A stretch of DNA of 44,497 bases from contig JAEORO010000198.1 in the NCBI GenBank assembly GCA_016840855.1, positions 1 to 44,497 on the forward strand. Direction: 5' to 3'. Origin of the DNA: Candidatus Thorarchaeota archaeon. GTDB lineage: Archaea > Asgardarchaeota > Thorarchaeia > Thorarchaeales > Thorarchaeaceae. The notes below the pieces were generated by a model, which was not told the origin of the DNA, ran no database searches, and was given only the letters and a program-made list of their open reading frames with translations. Within the stretch, counting starts at the first letter, position 1. Each line of letters starts with the position of its first letter. Made by a program: the position numbers and the translations under genes. Shown here one piece after another: positions 1-9,261 of the stretch.

Positions 1-152
1 AGTTTGAGACACTGTTTGAATGCATCTTCTGCCTTGTCTGCCTCATTCAATGATAGGTATGTTACTCCAAGGATGTGCCATTTTTTAGAATCTTTAGGAT
101 TCACTCCCAAGTCTTCTATAAGCTTCTGCACATCATCTTCTGCATTTGACAT
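1..152 (-). CDS. TPR-repeat protein, N-terminal part (runs off the left edge; not in ORF track)
   Basis: Minus-strand ATG at 152 after AGGTCA. Reads MSNAEDDVQKLIEDLGVNPKDSKKWHILGVTYLSLNEADKAEDAFKQCLK, which fits the TPR consensus (W..LG..Y......A...F...L). Confidence 0.8.
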   Translation of the reverse strand, partial: MSNAEDDVQKLIEDLGVNPKDSKKWHILGVTYLSLNEADKAEDAFKQCLK

Positions 153-212
153 AGTGACCTTTTCCTCGACAGTCGTGTTGGTATGTATATGTATCACTGA
201 TTAGTATTGTCT

Positions 213-1013
213 TCAAAACTCATCTAGTCCCTCATGGTCGATCCACGTCTTATAATAAGGATCAAATGAGCCTCTAATACCACGAGATGCGATCAAACCA
301 TCTACAAACTCACTCAAGCTTTCAGAAAACTGCAGATACCTTGATCCTTTCTTTATTAATTTCATTCTTTCTTCTGATAGCTTTATTACATCAACTTTCA
401 TTTCTCTTGCCAACAGGTCTCTTATTTCCTTGTATTCCTTAATATGAATATGAATTCCAAGTTCTCTTGCTTTTAGCAATCGAAATCCATTGCCTGTCCT
501 CCAGAGTCGAGACACATCTACCCATTCTTTTGTTAGAGTAGGAAGTTTCTCATCAATCTCGCCTAAAACGAGAATCGTTTCCCTGTATCTTGCTTGAATC
601 AAATCCGATGCAATGATTGCGGAACGAGTCGATGATATAGCTGCAATATCAAGAAAAAGAGTCGATCCTCCATTTTTTAGCTGGGTACTTATCCTTTCTA
701 TTAAGCCATCAAAGAGAAGCCTAGATGCATGATTGATGTTCTTTGGGGTTTCGATTGAGCGTAGCTCATCGAAGACTGTGCAATCAACACCTGCAAGTTC
801 TGACATTCCAAATATTGAAAGTATGATGTGATGAGTTTTCAGCCAATGTTTTTGATAGACTTCCCTACAAGCTATCTGCAGTGTTGTCACTAGATTTTCC
901 CAGTCCTCTCTAGACTTTACATCATTGTTCAGAGATTCGTCAATTAAAGATACCAATCCTTTGGAGTCATCCATTATTAGTAAAGTGTCTATTACTTCTT
1001 TTTTAATCTCCAT
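213..1013 (-). CDS. Hypothetical helical protein
   Basis: Long ORF with no recognisable motif. ATG at 1013 (MEIKKE) preferred over the track start at 1034. Confidence 0.7.
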   Translation of the reverse strand: MEIKKEVIDTLLIMDDSKGLVSLIDESLNNDVKSREDWENLVTTLQIACREVYQKHWLKTHHIILSIFGMSELAGVDCTVFDELRSIETPKNINHASRLLFDGLIERISTQLKNGGSTLFLDIAAISSTRSAIIASDLIQARYRETILVLGEIDEKLPTLTKEWVDVSRLWRTGNGFRLLKARELGIHIHIKEYKEIRDLLAREMKVDVIKLSEERMKLIKKGSRYLQFSESLSEFVDGLIASRGIRGSFDPYYKTWIDHEGLDEF

Positions 1014-1131
1014 TGCTAGAAAAAAAGATGTCAAAAGACTACTTCTGATTTTTGTTCTTTGACGTTGAGAAATATTAGAACACTTATTAGAAGACTTTAT
1101 GATAATTCAGACATAATATTGGGGTAGTACA

Positions 1132-1776
1132 TTGCCTGAGAGAGGAGGCGAGACTGAGCGTCCCACCCCGCTTGAGTTAGATATAATGAGATCCTTTGGG
1201 TGGGCTATAGTAGAAACCGAAGATGCACTGTATCAAAGGTATCTCAATCTTTCTGCAAGTAGGTCACTAATGCTTCAAGATGAATTTAGATCTCATCTCA
1301 AAGCATTGGAGGCTAAAGGATATCTTGCTCCCATGGACTTTCATGGAAAACGTGCCTATCGTAGATTGCTAATCTCTAACGATATTGGGAAAGAGATACT
1401 ACCAAAGGACCCGCTCGATGAAATGCGATTAGCACTTGGAAGTCGAAAAGTTCAACCTACACGTCTTCAAAAATCAACACGAATAACTCCTGAGCTCATC
1501 CAAGAATCAGAACTTGTAGGGACTGAAATTCAGAATGCTTTGGAAAGATGGTTAAAGAAAGAAGTTGGACGAATCAGCAAAGGTATGTTGCATGCCCACA
1601 TGGTCAATATGCAAGCAGCACTAAAGGAGTCAGAGGAAGCACTATTTGATTACATCCGAAGAGAAATACCCGGCGTTCTATCTGAGGTTGGTGTTGCCCT
1701 CCGTATGTATGGGCCTGATTTCATGATGCTTACTCTGAAACTAACAGAAGCTAATGTTAAAAAATATCGTTTCTGA
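1132..1776 (+). CDS. Hypothetical protein, possible N-terminal winged helix
   Basis: 214-aa ORF with TTG start. The segment FRSHLKALEAKGYL...RAYRR resembles a wHTH recognition helix and wing. Confidence 0.65.
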   Translation: MPERGGETERPTPLELDIMRSFGWAIVETEDALYQRYLNLSASRSLMLQDEFRSHLKALEAKGYLAPMDFHGKRAYRRLLISNDIGKEILPKDPLDEMRLALGSRKVQPTRLQKSTRITPELIQESELVGTEIQNALERWLKKEVGRISKGMLHAHMVNMQAALKESEEALFDYIRREIPGVLSEVGVALRMYGPDFMMLTLKLTEANVKKYRF

Positions 1777-1833
1777 TTGCAATTTAAAATTCTCTGAAAT
1801 AGAATTGCAGAACCTTATGTGCACTATTCTCAC

Positions 1834-1868
1834 CACCTTGATGGAAAGCCACCAGAGTGGTAAAGGTG
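1834..1868. other. Two-stem hairpin between convergent genes (possible terminator or 3' UTR structure)
   Basis: Lower stem CACCTT/AAGGTG, upper stem GCCAC/GTGGT, CAGA loop, asymmetric internal loop. Confidence 0.3.
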
Positions 1869-1886
1869 CAACGATGACTTCGACCT

Positions 1887-2285
1887 TCAGGACTTCCTAT
1901 ATTGATAATATGAAATGAAGAACAGGATGAAGAACAGAGCCATAATTATCATGTAGATATATAGAAACCACGCCGGGTAGCTACCAGCCACTAATGAGAT
2001 GATTCCACCAATTATTGCTAATGGCGTATAAATAAGCTCCATCTCAACCAAAATCTTGACGCTTTTCCAGCTTCCTGCTCTGAAACCTAAAAACGAAGTC
2101 AGTCCAATGCCTATGAGTAGTGCGCCATAGGCGATATTCACTGCATCTGCAGGAGTAGTATGACCAATGAATGTATTGAATGAATCTGGTAAAACAAATA
2201 ACCATATTCCAAATAACCATCCCACTAACCAGTGAAGCAGAAATGTGTACTTCAGTATAGTTGGATACTCATTTTCAGTTCCCAT
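1887..2285 (-). CDS. Small 4-TM membrane protein
   Basis: Four hydrophobic segments; GAGGTAGG RBS upstream of the ATG. Confidence 0.8.
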   Translation of the reverse strand: MGTENEYPTILKYTFLLHWLVGWLFGIWLFVLPDSFNTFIGHTTPADAVNIAYGALLIGIGLTSFLGFRAGSWKSVKILVEMELIYTPLAIIGGIISLVAGSYPAWFLYIYMIIMALFFILFFISYYQYRKS

Positions 2286-2433
2286 TATTACCTACCTCGC
2301 GACTCAAAGAGCCTTTTTTTCCTCTACCCAACTCATCTAAAAATCTTTTGACCAAATGATGAATCTTGAACAATATACTGCTAGTTCCAACTGATTCATA
2401 ACTAATTACAAAAATAACTTGATTAGATGTTAA

Positions 2434-3201
2434 ATGATAATAGAATGGCTTGATGAAGACCGTAGCAAACTTCGCAAACTTTTTGATTCACACACTCGCG
2501 CTCGTGCTATAATATTTCCAGCTCTTGATCAAGGAAGAGGAAATATTTGGTCGAACTCACTTGAAGCGCCGACAGTTGCTAGACTTCAACTTGCTATAAT
2601 TAATGCAGTAGCTGGAGACCCTACAATTGCTGATGCTTCAGAACTGATTCAAATGATTCAACCGCTGCAGCTAGTCATCGGGCCTAATGATGATTGGAAT
2701 CGACTAATCAAGGATTTGTGGGGTGAACAGCTGGGAATCCAAGAACGGACATTACTTTCTCCTGAATCTCTTGATATTGACCATTTAAAGTGGCTTCGAA
2801 GTCAGCTGCCTGATGGTTATAGATTAGAGCGTATGGATCTTGAAACGATAAAACATGTAGACAAAAGAATCGCTATGCACATTCCTACCTTCTTTGGGAG
2901 TTCAACAGAATTCCATAAAATGGGTGTAGGATATTGTATCAAATTTGAAGATGAGGTTGTCAGTATGGCATCAACTTTCACGCCATATACGAATGAGTTC
3001 GAAATTCAAGTTGATACAATGAATCCCAGTCATCAGCGAAAAGGTCTAGCGACTGTAGCTTCATCAGCTCTAATCATCCACGCTCTTGAGAACGGAATTG
3101 TTCCTCATTGGGATGCGGCAAATGAAATTTCAATTAATCTTGCTTTGAAGCTTGGCTATACTAATCCGAAACACTGGGAAGCTTACTATCTAAAGCCATA
3201 G
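2434..3201 (+). CDS. GNAT family N-acetyltransferase
   Basis: C-terminal EIQVDT..HQRKGLAT (acetyl-CoA motif A) and WDAAN..S..LALKLGY. Confidence 0.9.
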   Translation: MIIEWLDEDRSKLRKLFDSHTRARAIIFPALDQGRGNIWSNSLEAPTVARLQLAIINAVAGDPTIADASELIQMIQPLQLVIGPNDDWNRLIKDLWGEQLGIQERTLLSPESLDIDHLKWLRSQLPDGYRLERMDLETIKHVDKRIAMHIPTFFGSSTEFHKMGVGYCIKFEDEVVSMASTFTPYTNEFEIQVDTMNPSHQRKGLATVASSALIIHALENGIVPHWDAANEISINLALKLGYTNPKHWEAYYLKP

Positions 3202-3215
3202 AACATGAGATTTTT

Positions 3216-4298
3216 CTATTTCTTCTTGACCAACGCAGCGACTAGGACAAGGATGAGAATACCTCCTCCAGTTACAGCAAATACTAGAACAGCATCCATC
3301 TGCTTTGTCGGATCTGGCCCCACACTGAAGGTTTCTATTTCTTTCACGATCTCAAAAGTTGAATTACTGTCTTCTACTTCAATGTCTATGACAAATTCAC
3401 CATCATCATTAGCTATTAAGTAACCAGTATAGTTCCCATCATGATTCCTGTCAGTTAGTTGAACGGTATTGACCAGTGTCCTGTTACCGAAACCATAGAT
3501 TAGCGCGGTCACCTGTTCGATTTCTGTTGATAATATCTCCCCTAATGTATCATTCAAATTATCAATAGTTGCGCACAGAGAGAAATTAGTGCCATAGGGT
3601 CCGCTTGCAGGACTTATGGCGCATAGTCCTACTCGAGAGAGTCCCAAAGACTCTCTAACAATCTCTGCACAGACTTCTGAGGTTGGTGCCTCAAGATACC
3701 CACCACCAGTTGGTCCTCCTCCACGTCCTCCTGTAATTATAGAACCATCTGCAACTGCTTCAGCTCCCAAGACTGTTGTGGCTCCTGCAACTACCATTTG
3801 TGGACTACTTAGAGTGAAATCTATCACCTTACATCCATTCACAATTCCATTTGCTTCTGCAACGACCCTAGTACCAGTACAGATGGAGGCAACAATTAGA
3901 CCCAAATCAAATGAATCAGATATGAAATTTAACACCAACGGACTATTACTTAATCCTGCCCATTGACCACCCGAAGTGAGGAGCAAGCAATTGAACTCTT
4001 GGACCATATCTGGAGTCATTTCAGACATTAAGAGGTCCGCAGTTATTGGTCTTGGTTCTCTATTTAGACAAGAATCAATCTCATAATCAATTGCATATGC
4101 TACAGTCGTAACATTGACTCCCCATGACTCCAAACATTCCTTTGCATCAAAATAGTTCCAGCCAAATCCATCACAGATTAGAATCAATACCTTCACATCA
4201 GATACATCTGCAGCTTCGATTGGCTGAACAATCGTGGGATTGGAAATGGCTATTGTCAGTGCAAGTAGTGAAACAACCAGGATGAACTTGAATCTCAT
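3216..4298 (-). CDS. Exported, membrane-anchored DJ-1/PfpI family protein
   Basis: N-terminal signal peptide; KVLILICDGF, LLLTSGG and nucleophile elbow ASICTG; beta-rich C-domain; C-terminal TM helix followed by KKK. Confidence 0.85.
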   Translation of the reverse strand: MRFKFILVVSLLALTIAISNPTIVQPIEAADVSDVKVLILICDGFGWNYFDAKECLESWGVNVTTVAYAIDYEIDSCLNREPRPITADLLMSEMTPDMVQEFNCLLLTSGGQWAGLSNSPLVLNFISDSFDLGLIVASICTGTRVVAEANGIVNGCKVIDFTLSSPQMVVAGATTVLGAEAVADGSIITGGRGGGPTGGGYLEAPTSEVCAEIVRESLGLSRVGLCAISPASGPYGTNFSLCATIDNLNDTLGEILSTEIEQVTALIYGFGNRTLVNTVQLTDRNHDGNYTGYLIANDDGEFVIDIEVEDSNSTFEIVKEIETFSVGPDPTKQMDAVLVFAVTGGGILILVLVAALVKKK

Positions 4299-4412
4299 AT
4301 TAATCGTGAAATGGTTGCTTATGCTCTATATTAGATGTAGGTTTGGCGTAATTGATTAGAAGGAAAGAATACTGTCTTCTGGATTCAAAAGTTCTCTAAT
4401 CTCTCAATTGGT

Positions 4413-5168
4413 TCACTTTTCAAGTATTCGATACCAATAGGTGTACATGGTCTTAAATCCCATTGACTCGTAGAGTTTCAGAGCTGGAAAGTTATCTGCC
4501 TCCACCTGAAGGAAAACCTGTTTTGCTCCATGGTCTTCTCCCCATGTTGCGAGTGCACAATTCACAGACCAAGCAACTCCTTTTCGTCTGAACTCCGGCA
4601 AGGTTCTAATAGAGAACAGACCAAGCCAATCTCTTTCAACAACTCCAAGCCCCATCCCTGCAATCTTACCGTGTAGTAGAACTCTTGCTATGTTCTTAGC
4701 ACCAGCAATTCGCTTAATGATTTCCTTTCTCACTTCAATTGCTCGCTTCTCTCTCTCTGATTGATGCATTAAAATGTCCAGTGATTCATCAGTGACTTTA
4801 AACAAGTCGACCGGTAGATGTGGATCCAAACATGATATTTCTTCAATTGGTATTGTTTGTACATGGGTAACCATTCTCTGTTCAAAGCCTCTATCTTCAA
4901 GTAACTCATCCAGTCCTTTTGGTTTACTTGCTTTAGATATCTTGAAAGCAGGTGGAGTATTCCTTTCATTGTAGAGGTCAATTATGTAATCTAAAACTTG
5001 TTCGACACTGACATTACTTTCCCACTCATTTGGAAGTACACTGTTCGCTCTCCAAGTGACGCCATCATTCCAATGGATTATCCATCCTTTGTATTTTACA
5101 ATCTCTCTAGCAGGCCAGCAATATGAAGCAACCATCTCTAGCTCCGCAATCTCTTTCTCACTCACCAT
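4413..5168 (-). CDS. GNAT family N-acetyltransferase
   Basis: TWRANSV near the N-terminus; TLPEFRRKGVA and LQVEADNFPALKLYESMGF. Confidence 0.9.
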   Translation of the reverse strand: MVSEKEIAELEMVASYCWPAREIVKYKGWIIHWNDGVTWRANSVLPNEWESNVSVEQVLDYIIDLYNERNTPPAFKISKASKPKGLDELLEDRGFEQRMVTHVQTIPIEEISCLDPHLPVDLFKVTDESLDILMHQSEREKRAIEVRKEIIKRIAGAKNIARVLLHGKIAGMGLGVVERDWLGLFSIRTLPEFRRKGVAWSVNCALATWGEDHGAKQVFLQVEADNFPALKLYESMGFKTMYTYWYRILEK

Positions 5169-5259
5169 AGCTAATTAGAAATCATAACTGCCTAAAATAT
5201 TCAGACTTTTGAAACGCAACACTAATATTCACTATAGTTAAAAAAATCCTGTGATTGCT

Positions 5260-5628
5260 TTGGGACGAGTGATTCATTTCGAAATAGTCGCTGACGATGC
5301 TGAGCGCATCTCTAAATTCTATGAACAGGTCTTTGGATGGCGAGTTCAAAAATGGGATGGACCTATGGATTACTGGTTTCTGATGACAGGTGATGAGAAA
5401 GAACCTGGAATCGATGGTGCATTTGGAATTCGACAAAACAAAGATGATGTCACAGTTAATACAATAGATGTTTCGTCTGTTGATGAAACTATAGAGAAGA
5501 TCAAAACCAATGGAGGCGAAATTGTGAGACCCAAACAAGCAATTCCTGGTGTCGGATTTCTTGCCTACTTCAGGGATACTGAAGGGAATCTTTGGGGTAT
5601 CATGCAGAATGATACGAACGCTAAATAG
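5260..5628 (+). CDS. VOC/glyoxalase family protein
   Basis: (M)GRVIHFEI..DD.ER...FY..VFGW and YFRDTEGNLWGI. TTG at 5260 is the likely start (track gives 5251). Confidence 0.9.
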   Translation: MGRVIHFEIVADDAERISKFYEQVFGWRVQKWDGPMDYWFLMTGDEKEPGIDGAFGIRQNKDDVTVNTIDVSSVDETIEKIKTNGGEIVRPKQAIPGVGFLAYFRDTEGNLWGIMQNDTNAK

Positions 5629-5649
5629 ACACCGTAGCAAAACATCTTT

Positions 5650-7896
5650 GTGACACTTCCTCTCTGGTTAATTGAGGATGTTGTTGTGAGACCAAGTCTC
5701 CATGAAATAGCATGGTCGATTGTGAGAGGTTTCCATCAAGCTCTTAGCAACAACCTTTCACTTACATCCTACAAACCTCTTGAGATTTCTGAAGCTACTC
5801 GGCTTGCTGGACTCACATATGTGATGGCATCAAGGAAATTAAATGAAACATACTTTTTCTCGAAACTTTCATACGAAGCAGAAAGAGTAGGTATCTCTCC
5901 AAAGTACATCAATAATCTTGCTCGCGAGGTCTTGGAAACTTTTAGATATCCAATTCCTGAGAACCTATCCTCAGAGGATCTTGCCACTCTTCTGGGTTTA
6001 ATACATTCTATTGGCTGCTATGTTCTCCCTCTCTCTTATAATCGGGGGACATCCCAGAGACCTTTGGGTGCCTACTACACACCTCCATGGTTGGCTGATT
6101 ATATCGTATCATTGACTATTTCTCCTAGGCTTGAAAAATTGGCTGAGCTTGCCTCAGACAAAGGCCTTTCACCGTTGAAGGGTATTCTCGCACTAAAAAC
6201 TCTGGATCCAGCTTGCGGAACAGGGGTATTTCTTGTTTCTGCAATATATGCATTTGAACGAGCTTTGAAGAAAGGGATTGATAATGCTCTTGAACATGGG
6301 ACAAGTCAGTCCGAGCTTGATGCTGCTGGTGTTCTAAACTACAGACAAACTATTCACGAAAACATGTTCGGAGTAGATATTGATCCTGGTGCTCTTGAAG
6401 TTACTGATGTTTCATTGCGTCTAATCTCACAAACAAATTCTCAAAAACTTGGAAACTCAGCACTGGGTAGAACTTTGAAGCGAGGGAACTCTCTTATTTC
6501 ATTAAAGGGATTAGCAGGAAATGCGAATCACAAAGCTTTCTTTGAGAATCCATCCTCTCGTTTCCCATTTGAGTGGCAAGATGAATTCAGTAATATTTTG
6601 ACTGAAGGTGGATTTGACTTCTTAGTAATGAACCCTCCATATGAACGCTTGAAAGCAAACCTTTCTGAATTCCTCCGAGAGCGTCTCCTTACTGGAGAAC
6701 GTGAAATACACATAGACAATTATTCGAAACACAAAGAAAGAATGAATGAAGATATTCTTTATTTCCGAAATTCCGGTGAGTACATTCAGAGTAGTAAATA
6801 TACAGTTGATATTCATAGATTGTTCATTGAACGAGCTCTTCAATTAACAAGCAATGGTAGTAGAATCGGTTTTATCGTTCCTTCAACAATCCTGGGTGAT
6901 CTTTCTTCATACCCTCTAAGAAGGAATATTCTTGAAGAGAATACGCTCTTAACAATTGATGACTTTCCTGAAACTTCACGACTATTTGATAGTGTCACCC
7001 AGTCTGTGACAGTCATGACCTTGGAAAGAGGTGGAAGTACAAAATCGATAATAGCTCGATTTGGTCTTCGCGACATTGCTGAAGTTAAATCTCGCAAGCC
7101 AATACGTATTCCTGCTAATCAAATAAAACGAACTGGTGGACCATTACTCACCATTCCTCAGGTAGACAAAATAGGATGGAAGTTAGTTTCTAAAATGCAC
7201 AGGAATCCTTCTGTGTTCGATCTGAAATATTTGGCTGTACATCGGGGTGAATTGGATCTTACATTAAATCGTGAATGTATAACATCCAAACCAACGAAGT
7301 TTCGTCTAATACGTGGTTCAGATATCTCCCGGTTTTCATTAGAAGATTGGAAAAAAGCACGGGTTGAGTACGTTGATGTAAAACGGCTAAAGCAACAGCT
7401 TGGTAAATCAAAACGAATAGGGCACATTAACCAACCCAGAATTGTTGGTCAGCAAATTTCAAACAGAACACAAAGATGGCGATTGAAATTCTCACTTGTT
7501 CCTGACAATGCCATCTTGGCAAATTCATGTAACTACATATTAGATCAAGGCAATCCTAATAATTCTTGTAGATTGTTTCTCTTGGGGATATTGAATTCTG
7601 AGTTGATGAACTGGAGGTTTAATCTCACAAATACTAACAATCATGTATCTACTCGCGAATTATTACAACTTCCAATAGCAAAGACCGAATCTCGTGATTC
7701 CTTGAACTTCAGATCATTACTTATTGATGAAGTTAGGAAGATTGAATCAAAGCGAAATTCACCTTTAGTTGAAGCTCTTATTTTTACTTTGTACGACTTT
7801 TCAATTAGTGAATCAAGAGATGTTCTAAAGATGCGTTTCTCTCCTGAGAGAGAATCTACTGCAATATTGACTGAGTTAAGGAATTTAATCCATTGA
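5650..7896 (+). CDS. N6-adenine DNA methyltransferase (gamma class, Alw26I/Eco31I/Esp3I-like)
   Basis: GAYYTP, LDPACGTGVFL (motif I), GVDID, MNPPY (motif IV); C-terminal TRD with QQISN, LANSCNY, LLGILNS and TNNHV. Confidence 0.9.
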   Translation: MTLPLWLIEDVVVRPSLHEIAWSIVRGFHQALSNNLSLTSYKPLEISEATRLAGLTYVMASRKLNETYFFSKLSYEAERVGISPKYINNLAREVLETFRYPIPENLSSEDLATLLGLIHSIGCYVLPLSYNRGTSQRPLGAYYTPPWLADYIVSLTISPRLEKLAELASDKGLSPLKGILALKTLDPACGTGVFLVSAIYAFERALKKGIDNALEHGTSQSELDAAGVLNYRQTIHENMFGVDIDPGALEVTDVSLRLISQTNSQKLGNSALGRTLKRGNSLISLKGLAGNANHKAFFENPSSRFPFEWQDEFSNILTEGGFDFLVMNPPYERLKANLSEFLRERLLTGEREIHIDNYSKHKERMNEDILYFRNSGEYIQSSKYTVDIHRLFIERALQLTSNGSRIGFIVPSTILGDLSSYPLRRNILEENTLLTIDDFPETSRLFDSVTQSVTVMTLERGGSTKSIIARFGLRDIAEVKSRKPIRIPANQIKRTGGPLLTIPQVDKIGWKLVSKMHRNPSVFDLKYLAVHRGELDLTLNRECITSKPTKFRLIRGSDISRFSLEDWKKARVEYVDVKRLKQQLGKSKRIGHINQPRIVGQQISNRTQRWRLKFSLVPDNAILANSCNYILDQGNPNNSCRLFLLGILNSELMNWRFNLTNTNNHVSTRELLQLPIAKTESRDSLNFRSLLIDEVRKIESKRNSPLVEALIFTLYDFSISESRDVLKMRFSPERESTAILTELRNLIH

Positions 7897-7944
7897 AATC
7901 TATCATTGTCATACAAACATTTTACATTCAAACAAGAAAATTGA

Positions 7945-9183
7945 TTGTTTGTGACCTCGGTATCGCTCGCAGCAGTTGACTCTGAAACATGTGAAGCATC
8001 AAAGCTTCTTTACAACCATTTATGCGCTCCACTCAGTGAGCTTGATATGCAGATGGTTCAATCAATTCCAGAAGGCGGGAATTGGAAAGATATTCCTCCC
8101 TCAATTGTTCAGAAATCTGCACGTCTTATTCAAATACACAAATCTGGAGGTCGAACAACGTATTATGGCAGATTAAACAAGGACCTGCCAAGCTACACAA
8201 TTAATACATACTTTAATCGTCCTGGAAATGGCACTTTCATCCATCCTGAACAGAATCGTTTGATTTCATTGCGAGAAGCAGCTCGTCTACAATCATTCCC
8301 AGATCACTTTCGTTTCCTCGGTAGTCTTAGCTCACGATACAAGCAGATAGGAAATGCAGTACCACCATTACTAGCTCGTGCAGTTGCATCAATCTTGAAA
8401 TCCGGTCGTGTAATAGATCTCTTCTCTGGAGCAGGTGGTCTCTCAGAAGGATTTCAGCAAGCTGGAAATGAAATTATCCTCGCATCTGATTGTAATTCGA
8501 ATATGTGTAAAACTTTTGCACATAACCATCCTAACTCTGCAGTCATTAAAGCAGATCTCCATCATGACAAACATGCGAATCAACTTCTTGAAGCAATTGA
8601 AAACACTCTTTCTGGAAGAACTCTGAATTCACTCATTGGAGGTCCTCCATGCCAAGGATTCTCAACTGCAGGCAATAGAGATACATATGATTCCAGAAAT
8701 AATCTTGTTTTTCAAATGCTGGATTTTGTACGGGTCCTTATGCCTGATACTGTTGTGATTGAGAATGTTCCTGGATTGAAGTGGATACAACATGGTAAGA
8801 TTTTGGGAATAATCCTGAAGACACTAGAAGAGATGGGATATTCGGTATGCAAACTTCATTTGCGTGCTGAGGAATATGGTGTTCCACAGCGGCGAAGAAG
8901 AATTTTCATTATTGGCTCAAGGTATGCACTTACTGAAGAATTTCCAGTGGGTTATTTTGCACCTATTATCCATGGGAGGAAAAAGAATATGGTCAATCAG
9001 AGTTGTGACAACTTGTTTCCCCCTGTGAATGTCAGGGACGCCGTCTCTGATCTCCCTCAGATTTCCTCGGGTAGTGGCGACGATTTAGTTGAATACGATT
9101 GGTGTTGGATTAAAACTGACTATCAAAGACTTATGCGGGATTCGATGACCTTGGAGGATTTCATTATAAAGAGAACCAAGTAA
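7945..9183 (+). CDS. Circularly permuted C5-cytosine DNA methyltransferase
   Basis: TRD, motif IX (REAARLQSFPD) and motif X (QIGNAVPP) precede motifs I (DLFSGAGG), IV (GGPPCQGFS), VI (ENVPG) and VIII (QRRRRIF). Confidence 0.92.
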   Translation: MFVTSVSLAAVDSETCEASKLLYNHLCAPLSELDMQMVQSIPEGGNWKDIPPSIVQKSARLIQIHKSGGRTTYYGRLNKDLPSYTINTYFNRPGNGTFIHPEQNRLISLREAARLQSFPDHFRFLGSLSSRYKQIGNAVPPLLARAVASILKSGRVIDLFSGAGGLSEGFQQAGNEIILASDCNSNMCKTFAHNHPNSAVIKADLHHDKHANQLLEAIENTLSGRTLNSLIGGPPCQGFSTAGNRDTYDSRNNLVFQMLDFVRVLMPDTVVIENVPGLKWIQHGKILGIILKTLEEMGYSVCKLHLRAEEYGVPQRRRRIFIIGSRYALTEEFPVGYFAPIIHGRKKNMVNQSCDNLFPPVNVRDAVSDLPQISSGSGDDLVEYDWCWIKTDYQRLMRDSMTLEDFIIKRTK

Positions 9184-9261
9184 GGTTGATTAGTGAAATA
9201 TGACAAGTGCGACTGGAGTGCATATGCCAATTCCTACGTAATAAAATAGGATGTTCCTGAT

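Noticed and set aside
4-204. Plus-strand 66-aa ORF
   Set aside because: Antisense to the TPR gene at 1-152 (-), which has a recognisable motif and an RBS.
1774-1868. TGA stop followed by a hairpin with a GAAA/A internal loop, considered as selenocysteine readthrough with a SECIS
   Set aside because: No AUGA/GA quartet of the Asgard/eukaryotic SECIS type, only a loose fit to the methanogen GAA/A type, and the TGA is not in a redox (Cys-equivalent) motif.
5182-5640. 152-aa minus-strand ORF, and similar overlapping ORFs such as 3616, 15665, 22201 and 36709
   Set aside because: They lie antisense to well-supported genes and have no motifs of their own.
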